Below, one piece after another: positions 9,909-17,863 of a stretch of 64,000 nt of DNA (positions are counted from its first letter, which is position 1; each line of letters begins with the position of its first letter). The notes under the pieces were generated by a model. The model searched no databases and had not been told where the DNA came from. It saw only the letters and a program-made list of their open reading frames with translations. Both the position numbers and the translations under genes were made by a program. The stretch is from Bacteroidetes bacterium UBA2364. GTDB lineage: Bacteria; Bacteroidota; Rhodothermia; Rhodothermales; UBA2364. The DNA is taken from the NCBI GenBank assembly GCA_002344075.1, contig DDTM01000058.1:21874-85873 (forward strand), written 5' to 3'.

Positions 9909-11219
9909 ATGGCAGCATATTTCCCCAAGATTGGTACTATTCCATTTGAAGGACGGGCATCTGACAATCCTTTGGCCTATAAATGGTATGATTCATCCCG
10001 AATGGTTGCGGGAAAATCGCTCAAAGACCACCTTCGTTTTGCGGTATGCTATTGGCATACTTTCTGCGGAACGGGCGGAGATCCGTTTGGCCCTGGAACA
10101 AGGAAGTACGAGTGGGATCGGGCAGAAAATCCAATAGATCGTGCCTACCATAAAATGGATGCGGCGTTCGAGTTTATGCGAAAACTAGGTGTGCCATATT
10201 ATTGTTTTCATGACGTTGACTTGGTGGAGGCAGATGATTCGCTTGCAGTTTATGAGAAAAATCTCGAAAAATTAGTGGCTTATGCAAAGCAAAAACAAAA
10301 AGATACAGGAATTAAACTACTTTGGGGAACTGCAAATGTTTTTTCTCATCCGCGTTATATGAATGGTGCTGCTACCAATCCCGAATTTCATGTTGTGGCG
10401 TTTGCAGCGGCTCAGATTAAGAATGCAATAGATGCGACAATTGCATTAGAGGGGGAAAACTATGTTTTTTGGGGTGGGCGCGAAGGTTATATGACCTTGC
10501 TCAATACCAACATGAAGCGAGAAACCGAACACTTGGCAATGATGCTGACAATGGCGCGGGATTATGCACGGAAACAAGGCTTTACAGGTACTTTTTTGAT
10601 TGAGCCTAAGCCATGTGAGCCTACAAAGCACCAGTATGACTTCGACGCAGCAACCGTAATTGGCTTTTTACGTGAACATGGTTTAGACCAAGATTTCAAA
10701 TTGAACATTGAAGTCAACCATGCCACTTTGGCTGGACATACCTTCCAACACGAGTTACAAGTGGCGGCGAATGCAAACATGATGGGAAGCATGGATGCCA
10801 ATCGGGGTGATTACCAAAATGGATGGGATACCGACCAATTCCCCATGAACCTACAAGAACTAACCGAAGCCATGTTGGTGATTTGCGAAGCAGGGGGATT
10901 TACTTCGGGCGGAATCAATTTTGACGCCAAACTCCGCCGGAATTCCACTGATGCCGAAGATCTTTTTATTGCCCATATTGCTGGCATGGATGCCTTTGCC
11001 CGTGCCCTCTTGACAGCCGAGCAACTCCTCACCCAATCTCCGTACCGAAATATGAGAAAAAATCGGTATGCTTCGTTTGATGATGGAATTGGGCGCGATT
11101 TTGAGAATGGGAATTTGATTTTGGAAGATTTGCATCGCTTTGCCCTTGAAGCTGGAGAACCCGCTTTGATAAGTGGGAAACAGGAACGTTACGAACAACT
11201 GCTAAATGAATATCTGTAA
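9909..11219 (+). CDS. xylA: Xylose isomerase
   Basis: Signature stretches [47 protein letters not shown] and [18 protein letters not shown]. Length 436 aa. Confidence 0.95.
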   Translation: MAAYFPKIGTIPFEGRASDNPLAYKWYDSSRMVAGKSLKDHLRFAVCYWHTFCGTGGDPFGPGTRKYEWDRAENPIDRAYHKMDAAFEFMRKLGVPYYCFHDVDLVEADDSLAVYEKNLEKLVAYAKQKQKDTGIKLLWGTANVFSHPRYMNGAATNPEFHVVAFAAAQIKNAIDATIALEGENYVFWGGREGYMTLLNTNMKRETEHLAMMLTMARDYARKQGFTGTFLIEPKPCEPTKHQYDFDAATVIGFLREHGLDQDFKLNIEVNHATLAGHTFQHELQVAANANMMGSMDANRGDYQNGWDTDQFPMNLQELTEAMLVICEAGGFTSGGINFDAKLRRNSTDAEDLFIAHIAGMDAFARALLTAEQLLTQSPYRNMRKNRYASFDDGIGRDFENGNLILEDLHRFALEAGEPALISGKQERYEQLLNEYL

Positions 11220-11228
11220 ATATTTGTT

Positions 11229-12122
11229 ATGAATGTATTTACCCATATTAGTGAATGGAATTTACCCCTTCCGGAAATACCCTCCATGCCATTAGCCGAC
11301 CGGCTGCTAATGGTGAACCCTGCATTTTTTGATGTGGCTTATGTGATCAATCCACACATGGAAGGGCAAATTGGAAAAGTGAATCGCCAGAAAGCGAATA
11401 ACGAATGGCAAAAACTCGTGGACTTATATAGGTCCTTAGGCTTATCGGTGGAGGTTATCAATGGCGAGCAAGGACTTCCAGATATGGTTTTTTGTGCCAA
11501 TCAAACCCTTCCTTTTATTCGACCAAATGGGGAAAAAGGTGTTTTCTGTGCTCAGATGCACGCACCGGAACGCAAACCCGAAGTGGCTTTTTTCAAGGCG
11601 TACTTTGCTCGAAAAGGATATCAAGTACGAACTTTGCCAAGTGATAATGATTCCGACTTCGAGGGGATGGGGGACGCTTTATGGCATTCGGGCAGGCGGC
11701 TTTTGTGGGGTGGTTATGGTTTTAGAACAGGATTAGAAGTATATAAGGGACTGGCACAAGCATTAGATGTTCCTGTACTTGCGCTCGAATTATGTGATCC
11801 GGAATTTTACCACTTAGACACGTGCATGTGCATCTTAGATGAATCTTGCGTGTTGGTATATCCTGGTGCTTTTCAACCACAAGGCTTGGCACTGATCCGT
11901 AAGGTGTTCTCACGTGTTATCGAAGCTCCCGAAGACGAAGCACGACGGTTGTTTGCAGTGAATGCCTTTTGTCCGAATCAAAAACATGTTTTTATCCAAA
12001 ATGGATGCTCTGAAACTGCAATGCGTCTTCAATTGGCGGGTTTTATGGTGATTTCATGTGAAACAGGCGAGTTCATAAAAGCGGGAGGGTCTGTATTCTG
12101 TATGAAACTACATCATTGGTGA
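11229..12122 (+). CDS. Amidinotransferase / DDAH-like guanidino-group-modifying enzyme
   Basis: NPAFFDVAYVINPHM near the N-terminus, a YHLDTCMC core and a C-terminal GGSVFCM (catalytic-Cys context of this superfamily). Confidence 0.6.
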   Translation: MNVFTHISEWNLPLPEIPSMPLADRLLMVNPAFFDVAYVINPHMEGQIGKVNRQKANNEWQKLVDLYRSLGLSVEVINGEQGLPDMVFCANQTLPFIRPNGEKGVFCAQMHAPERKPEVAFFKAYFARKGYQVRTLPSDNDSDFEGMGDALWHSGRRLLWGGYGFRTGLEVYKGLAQALDVPVLALELCDPEFYHLDTCMCILDESCVLVYPGAFQPQGLALIRKVFSRVIEAPEDEARRLFAVNAFCPNQKHVFIQNGCSETAMRLQLAGFMVISCETGEFIKAGGSVFCMKLHHW

Positions 12123-12294
12123 ACTTGGTTGATTATGATGGATCGGAGTGGCGGATGGGCCAAGTAATAGAATGGTGTATCCGAAAACAAGTTTATGACG
12201 GATTCTGGAAAGGCGAGGGCTGCACATCAGGCAAGAATGGGACCACAGAATGATCTTGGAATTGCATTGACTTTTCCGTAACTTAACAAAAAAT

Positions 12295-12401
12295 AAGAAC
12301 GGCACCGAAGCAAAACTGGAGGAGGTACTGTTGTTTTGCGCTCGATACCGTTCTTCAAACCACCAAACACCAAAAGGTACAACCACTAAGCCGTACCTTT
12401 T
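12295..12401. other. Cluster of nested hairpins in the 524-bp gap upstream of the T6SS-like operon
   Basis: Outer stem AAGAACGG (12295-12302) pairs with CCGTTCTT (12348-12355). It encloses inner stem GCAAAAC (12310-12316) paired with GTTTTGC (12333-12339). A 9-bp hairpin follows: AAAAGGTAC (12372-12380) paired with GTACCTTTT (12393-12401), then an A-run. All arms are perfect complements. Confidence 0.3.
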
Positions 12402-12646
12402 AAAAAAAGGTAACAAGTCCGGAAAAAATATTTTTTTCGCCTTTCCACTTGCTTTTTACGTTCTTTAGGGTTAAATACGAATCGCTTCCGCTTTCAAGAC
12501 TTCTGGAGCCTCTGGGCGTGGGTTTTCCTCAAAATGAAACAGCCCAAGGTAGTTGTTGTACAGGTTCGTATCTACCAGTAGAGGGCAGTTGGCTTTCTTA
12601 AAATTTGCGTTCGCATCCATAGATCATAAAACCTATCACCGCAGTT

Positions 12647-14527
12647 ATGGAAAACACTTCTCCGATTCAGGAATTTCGCGTCAAAATGGGGTTCTCGTCG
12701 TCTCAGGGCGAGGAACCGCGTGAAATGACTGCTGCTACGCCTTTTCGCTTGTTTCTGGCTTCTGACCTGACGCCTCACCTCATGCATGATGTCGAGTGGG
12801 ACGGTGCAACCCGTTTGGTAAAAGTGGATAAATATACTTTTGCTGAACTGATGATGTCTTGGAGGCCCACTTTATCTATAGAAGTGCCCAATTATTTAGG
12901 CACTTCACCGAAAACGCTATCGCTGTCATTGATCTTTGACCATATTCAAGGGTTTCAGCCAGATCGGTTGGTGGACCAATTGCCTTTGGTGAAGCGTTTT
13001 TTAGGTCTTAGGGATGCCTTCCTTATGGTCAAGCGCGATCAACTGTCTTATCAAGCCTTTGCTGGAACAATTCAAACGCTGGGTTTTGATCGGGAGGAGG
13101 CATTGCATTGGTCTGACCGAATCCGTCCGGTTCCCGAAGAGAATGCCTCACCCTCAACGTCGAATTCTGGTGGAGGTTTGGACAATTTGCTAAATTTGGT
13201 GGACTTGGGTGCTACGGCTACACCTGAAAAACAAGCTGGTGGAGATCCGATGGATGCCCTTATTCGTGCTTTAGCGGGTCAAAAAGCGGCTTCACCACCC
13301 AAACGCCCTATAGAAAAGGGGAAAAGTGCTTTACAAGTGGCCCTCGAAGAAGTGGAAAATCGGATTGCCCAACAATTGGATGCTGTGATCCATCATGCGG
13401 CATATCAACAATTGGAATCCTCATGGCGCGGCTTGAAATTATTGGTAGATCGTCTGGATTTTCGGAAAAATATCCGTTTAGACGTGCTTTCTGTCAATAA
13501 GGAACAGTTAAATACGGCCTTGTATCATCAAGTCTTAATGCCTGCCTATGAGATACCTCCTGAAATTCCTTTTGCAGCCTTGTTATTGGATTTTACGTTT
13601 GGGGATGTGGCCATGGATCTGGAGCGTCTTTCAGATATTGGAGAAACGGCTGCAAGCCTTCAAATTCCGGTTGTTGCTTCGGCGGCTACAAGGCTCTGGA
13701 CTGAACGTGATGCTTATGGAAATTCAAGAATTCCTACCATTCTACAGCATTTACAAAAACCGGAATTTATGGGATGGCCCTTGTTGCGTGAGCAGGCATC
13801 GTCGGGATGGATAACTTTGGCGTTGCCACATGTGCTACTCCGAAGTCCTTATCGGTCTATGCAACTGATGGGTGGTCTTCCCTATAATGAAAAAACACCT
13901 TCGGATGGAAGTGGACATTTATGGGGACGTGCGTCTTTGCCTGTTGGGGTCGCGATGGCCCAAGGTTATGTAAAGCACGCTTGGGGAACAGGGTTTGTTG
14001 GGCCTGGAAGTGCGGGTGAACAACAGGATTACCCCATTAGGAAAACCGATACCAACAGTTCGCCACTCTCTATGTGGCTTGATACGCATAAACAAGTTGA
14101 ATTCTCGGATGCTGGATTTACGGTTCTGGCTTCCCGGCCCAATTCGGATCGGGTGTATGTTGCTGGCGCGCAAGTTTTTCAGAAAGTGGCGAACTATATA
14201 GACCCTGATTCACTCGCGGAAGCACAACGCCATGCTTCGTTGTCGTGTAAAATGGTGACTGGTAAAATAACGCAAGCCATTTTATTCGCCCAAAGCATCC
14301 TTAAATCTGGTTTGTCGCCTGAGCAAATTCACGCACAACTGGTGAACCAACTCGAAAAGGTTTTAACCGAAGGCGGTCTCATGATCGCAGAAAACACAAT
14401 AAAAGTAGAAGTAGGCGATAGCCCGCGTGCCGCAGACTGTTATGGAGTCGGGATATGGATTAATTCCCCCGCCTCTCTTTTAGGAGAGGAAGTGAGTATT
14501 GCACTCGGATTTGAAGTCGCCAAATAA
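12647..14527 (+). CDS. tssBC: Contractile-sheath protein: TssB (VipA)-like and TssC (VipB)-like parts fused in one 626-aa polypeptide
   Basis: Residues about 28-160 match TssB. PFRLFLASDLT, LVKVDKYTFAELM, LSIEVPNYL and LSLSLIFDHIQGFQPDRLVDQLPLVKRFLGLRDAF parallel VipA (LPLKLMAIGDYT, ISIDKMTFDEVL, LSVPNRL, LRFKSLKDFEPENIVEQIPELKKLLELRSAL). Residues about 176-626 match TssC. QLDAVIHHAAYQQLESSWRGLKLLVDRLDFRKNIRLDVLSVNKEQL parallels VipB (QMDEILHNSQFQAMESAWRGLKLFVDRTDFRENNKVEILHVTKDEL). There is no stop or frame change between the two parts. Confidence 0.85.
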   Translation: MENTSPIQEFRVKMGFSSSQGEEPREMTAATPFRLFLASDLTPHLMHDVEWDGATRLVKVDKYTFAELMMSWRPTLSIEVPNYLGTSPKTLSLSLIFDHIQGFQPDRLVDQLPLVKRFLGLRDAFLMVKRDQLSYQAFAGTIQTLGFDREEALHWSDRIRPVPEENASPSTSNSGGGLDNLLNLVDLGATATPEKQAGGDPMDALIRALAGQKAASPPKRPIEKGKSALQVALEEVENRIAQQLDAVIHHAAYQQLESSWRGLKLLVDRLDFRKNIRLDVLSVNKEQLNTALYHQVLMPAYEIPPEIPFAALLLDFTFGDVAMDLERLSDIGETAASLQIPVVASAATRLWTERDAYGNSRIPTILQHLQKPEFMGWPLLREQASSGWITLALPHVLLRSPYRSMQLMGGLPYNEKTPSDGSGHLWGRASLPVGVAMAQGYVKHAWGTGFVGPGSAGEQQDYPIRKTDTNSSPLSMWLDTHKQVEFSDAGFTVLASRPNSDRVYVAGAQVFQKVANYIDPDSLAEAQRHASLSCKMVTGKITQAILFAQSILKSGLSPEQIHAQLVNQLEKVLTEGGLMIAENTIKVEVGDSPRAADCYGVGIWINSPASLLGEEVSIALGFEVAK

Positions 14528-14626
14528 AGATACTTCTTATTTCGTTTGATTATATCTTCTGGATTTGTCCCAGACAAGAGCCAAGCAATCATTAACCCAT
14601 ACACTAAAACGTTACCTATTCCGCGT

Positions 14627-17600
14627 ATGCAAACAAACATTCGCGTTTCAATCCTGAAAGGGCCTATATCTGGCGATAAAGATGCCTTTCAATTTAGCAA
14701 GACCTTCAATATAGGTCGGGATGCTACGTGTCAAATTCACCTCCCCAGTCCACTGGTGAGTCGTACACATGCAGACGTGTCTTTTGAAAATGGGCAATGG
14801 ATTTTGCATGACCGTAACAGTACGAATGGTATTTGGGTAAACGGTGCACGCACATCCCGTGTCGTTTTGGATATTGCCAAGGAGGTGGAATTTGGTCGTA
14901 ATGGCCCAATGTTGCGATTCGAGGTTGAGTCATTGGACAGCCCTATAGCAGAAGTGCCTGTGGTAACTCCGGAAGCGGGGTTGGCAACTTCCTTTTGGCA
15001 ATCTTTGGGTGAAATATCAGGGACTTCCCCCAGTTCTACAGAAACGCCAGTTCCTCAAACATCAGCAGAAACGGTAGCTCCGCCTTTGGAATCCGGTTTT
15101 TTTGCTGCTTTATCGGATACTCCGCCTGATGTATCTTCTATCGAGGCCACAGGAGAAACGCCCTCTCTATCGGAAAAACCCTCCGTCGAATCGGGCATTT
15201 TTACTTCAATTGATCCCTCAAAGGAATCATTTTTTGAAAGCCGCCCTGATGGGCCTACTTTTGAAGGCCTGAAAAATGTTCACCATTCCGAGGAACCACC
15301 CGCCAACGACAGTGATAAATTGGGATTGGAATCCGGTTTTTTTCGTTCATTATCGGAAGTTGTTCCTGAAACTCCAGCCCCACTCACTTTGCCTGCGACG
15401 CCTTCTTCAGCGGGCGTAACAGGATTGGAGTCGGGTTTTTTCCGTTCGTTATCGGAAATTGATGGAGCAAGCCCATCCTTGGGCAAGGAAGAGCCTCAGC
15501 AGTCAGAGGCAGTATCTGTCGCTGAATCAACAACGGCACCATCATTAGGCACTGGCTTTTTCGCTGCTTTAACGGAAGAAGCTCCACCACAGCCTACGCC
15601 CCCTATAAGTACCGATTCCATAGATTCGGCTTTGCCATCGGGCATCTTTCGCGCATTGTCCGAGTTGCCTCAGTCTGCTCCTATACCCACAGAGGAAGTA
15701 CCAGTTACGCCCGTCAAACCGGATGAAAACATGGAAATGGGTTTCTCATCTGGCATTAGTTCGGCTCTTCAGGACTTGAAAGGGATAGCTGGGGGGAAAA
15801 CACCAGATGCGCCGCAAGCGGGATTGAATACAGGGTTTTTTAAAGCGTTAGAACATGTTGCAGGCGAGGCTCCGGCATCGGCATCACCCCAGCCAATTTC
15901 GTGGGATTCGCCTGAAAAGGCGGGATGGGATACCGATACGCCGCCACCGTCCGCCGTACCAGTTGTTACACCTTGGCCATCCGCCCCCCTTACAGACAAA
16001 CCAGACTGGCCCGCCGCACAAACGGATTGGGGTACCGAAAGTACACCGCCGCACGTTGCGCCATCTTACGAATGGAGTACTCCGGGGATACCTGTGCCTC
16101 CTCCAGTACCACCCAATGAACCCCCTTTAGACGCCCTCTTCAATCAATGGGGGGCAGTAGAGGCTCCACCAGTGGGTGGAATGGAATGGGGTGCTCCACC
16201 ACCTGCTAAGGCGGGCACAGATTGCGGGACACCGCAACAATCACAAAGTGTAGGAATGGAATGGGGAAGTGAGCCGCCAGCCCATGATAAACCAGTTGCG
16301 GATGATTGGGGAGCGGCTAAGCCAACTGCTACAGATTCTGGATTTAGTTGGCCGCCTGTGCCTACTGCTGGCCATGCCGATTGGAACCCAACGTCAAACC
16401 GTGAAATGGCATTGCCATCGTCTGCGGATGATTGGTCCACACCTTCGGGGCCGCCCCCTGTAAACACTCCGCCTGCCGACTGGGGGCCTGGGTCCAAATG
16501 GGAACCATCGGCAATTGCTCCATCTTATCAGGAAGCCTCGAAAGCAACACCTCCGGCCCCAGGATCTGTTTCTGGCTATATGCGGAAGTTTGAGTCTGGT
16601 CAAACTGCGGAAATGGGTTCGCGCACCCAGATGATGATGGCGGCTTTTTCGCGAATGAGTAAACGGGACAAGCGAAAATATTACTACATCATCGGTATTG
16701 TGGCAGTTGCGTTGGTTATTGCTGCTATCTGGGCTTTATGGAAGCACAACGAAAGTAGTTCATTGGGCGAAGCATTGGATGCGTCGAATGTGGCATTGAC
16801 GACCCAAGACTCTTTAAATGTTGTTTTATTTTATCAAATTAAAGAATTACAACTCAAATTCGCCAATGATTCTACACTGAATACGAACAAGAAATTACGC
16901 GACGAAACGGCCAGAAAAATTATTGAAATGCAACAGGCCTATTCCGAGAAAATGCGTGCAAGGCCCCAGTATAGGGCTGCGGTGAATTTGGCGAATTCGG
17001 GCAATGCGAGTGGGAATGTGGATAAATTGATTTATGACATTACACGGCTTTTTGGTGAAAATGAAATGGTAATGCCTGCCGGATATGTGGATAAAGTCAA
17101 ACAGTATATCAAATATTGGCAGAGTAGTTCACGGTATATAAACGCCCTGCGAACAGCCCAAGATAACGGGTATGTGGAACCCATTGTGGCCAGTTTCATG
17201 AAGCGCGGGGTACCACCGCAGTTTTTCTACTTAGGCATGCAAGAAAGTAATTTTAACACCAAAATTGTGGGGCCTCCTACCCGTTATGGCCATGCAAAAG
17301 GAATGTGGCAATTTATTCCTTCAACGGGCGCACGATATGGGCTGAAAATTGGCCCATTGAAGGATGTTGGAGTCTATGACCCTGAAGACGAAAGGCACGA
17401 CCACGTAAAAGCGGGGGAAGCGGCGGCAGGTTATATTGCTGATATTTATAAGACGGATGCACAAGCTTCCGGATTGTGTGTCATGGCTTCGTACAACTGG
17501 GGAGAGGGAAATGTCATCAAACGCATTAGGGCTATGCCTAATAATCCCCGCGACCGCAATTTTTGGAATATGTACACGCAGACTTGGATGCCCGAAGAAA

Positions 17601-17827
17601 CCAAAAATTACGTGTTTTATATTACCGCAGCAGCAGTTATTGGCGAGAACCCTCGCTTGTTTGGGTTTAATTTCGACAACCCATTAGCGGCGGCCATACA
17701 AAAAGTTGGAAGTGGGCAGTATGTAATGCCAGGAGGCGGCAGCCCCACTTATTCAGATTTACCACCCATGACCTTAGCGATGGATAGAGAACGGGAGCAA
17801 TTGTTTAAATTCCGGACGTTCTGGTGA
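14627..17827 (+). CDS. FHA domain / long disordered repeat region / single TM helix / periplasmic MltD-type lytic transglycosylase (SLT) protein
   Basis: Track ORF starts at TTG 14546; I prefer ATG 14627 (MQTNIRVSILKG). The FHA signature is NIGRDA, VSRTHA and STNGIWVNG. The TM helix is IIGIVAVALVIAAIWALW, preceded by SKRDKRKYYY. SLT motifs are FYLGMQESNFN (catalytic Glu), AKGMWQFIPSTGARYGL and MASYNWGEGNV. Confidence 0.8.
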   Translation: MQTNIRVSILKGPISGDKDAFQFSKTFNIGRDATCQIHLPSPLVSRTHADVSFENGQWILHDRNSTNGIWVNGARTSRVVLDIAKEVEFGRNGPMLRFEVESLDSPIAEVPVVTPEAGLATSFWQSLGEISGTSPSSTETPVPQTSAETVAPPLESGFFAALSDTPPDVSSIEATGETPSLSEKPSVESGIFTSIDPSKESFFESRPDGPTFEGLKNVHHSEEPPANDSDKLGLESGFFRSLSEVVPETPAPLTLPATPSSAGVTGLESGFFRSLSEIDGASPSLGKEEPQQSEAVSVAESTTAPSLGTGFFAALTEEAPPQPTPPISTDSIDSALPSGIFRALSELPQSAPIPTEEVPVTPVKPDENMEMGFSSGISSALQDLKGIAGGKTPDAPQAGLNTGFFKALEHVAGEAPASASPQPISWDSPEKAGWDTDTPPPSAVPVVTPWPSAPLTDKPDWPAAQTDWGTESTPPHVAPSYEWSTPGIPVPPPVPPNEPPLDALFNQWGAVEAPPVGGMEWGAPPPAKAGTDCGTPQQSQSVGMEWGSEPPAHDKPVADDWGAAKPTATDSGFSWPPVPTAGHADWNPTSNREMALPSSADDWSTPSGPPPVNTPPADWGPGSKWEPSAIAPSYQEASKATPPAPGSVSGYMRKFESGQTAEMGSRTQMMMAAFSRMSKRDKRKYYYIIGIVAVALVIAAIWALWKHNESSSLGEALDASNVALTTQDSLNVVLFYQIKELQLKFANDSTLNTNKKLRDETARKIIEMQQAYSEKMRARPQYRAAVNLANSGNASGNVDKLIYDITRLFGENEMVMPAGYVDKVKQYIKYWQSSSRYINALRTAQDNGYVEPIVASFMKRGVPPQFFYLGMQESNFNTKIVGPPTRYGHAKGMWQFIPSTGARYGLKIGPLKDVGVYDPEDERHDHVKAGEAAAGYIADIYKTDAQASGLCVMASYNWGEGNVIKRIRAMPNNPRDRNFWNMYTQTWMPEETKNYVFYITAAAVIGENPRLFGFNFDNPLAAAIQKVGSGQYVMPGGGSPTYSDLPPMTLAMDREREQLFKFRTFW
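14981..15856 (+). repeat. In-frame array of about 10 copies of a short motif (consensus L-E-S-G-F-F-x-x-L-S-E) within the FHA-SLT gene
   Basis: Copies are SFWQSLGEIS, LESGFFAALSD, VESGIFTSID, KESFFESR, LESGFFRSLSEV, LESGFFRSLSEI, LGTGFFAALTEE, LPSGIFRALSEL, GFSSGISSALQDL and LNTGFFKALEHV. The DNA copies at 15086, 15326 and 15425 are visibly similar (ttggaatccggttttttt...tatcgga). Confidence 0.8.
15899..16501 (+). repeat. Trp/Pro-rich repeat region (15 Trp in about 200 aa, mostly acidic-W-G/S/D/N/P) within the FHA-SLT gene
   Basis: SWDSPEKAGWDTD, PDWPAAQTDWGTES, YEWSTPG, NQWGAVEAPPVGGMEWGAPPP, VGMEWGSEPP, ADDWGAAKP, FSWPPVP, ADWNPTS, ADDWSTPSG and PADWGPGSKWEPS. Confidence 0.75.
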
Positions 17828-17863
17828 GTCGGGATTCTTATTTCTTCAGTATTCCATAACCAA

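Noticed and set aside
12108-12416. A 102-aa minus-strand ORF in the gap upstream of the operon, considered as a possible missing small T6SS gene (Hcp- or PAAR-sized).
   Set aside because: The sequence is low-complexity and Cys/Ser/Phe-rich with no Hcp/PAAR features. It overlaps the end of the amidinotransferase gene and spans the hairpin cluster. It is most likely a chance frame.
12421-12646. A sigma-54 promoter (GG-N10-GC) upstream of the operon, as found at many T6SS loci.
   Set aside because: The candidate GG and GC pairs around GGCAGTTGGCTTTCTTAAAATTTGCG have the wrong spacing. No enhancer-binding-protein gene is nearby. Only a weak sigma-70-like -35/-10 pair could be noted.
15086-15458. 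Similar DNA repeats of about 33 bp (15086, 15326, 15425), considered as a CRISPR-like or tandem non-coding repeat.
   Set aside because: They are in frame within a long ORF, encode the LESGFF..LSE peptide motif, have unequal spacing, and have no adjacent cas genes. They are coding repeats.
15280-16603. A series of antisense and out-of-frame ORFs (for example 15769..15999, 16144..16497, 16362..16550, 16394..16603, 15855..16130) within the FHA-SLT gene.
   Set aside because: They are Gly/Pro/Arg-rich shadow frames generated by the proline-rich coding repeats on the plus strand. None has a plausible start context or domain.
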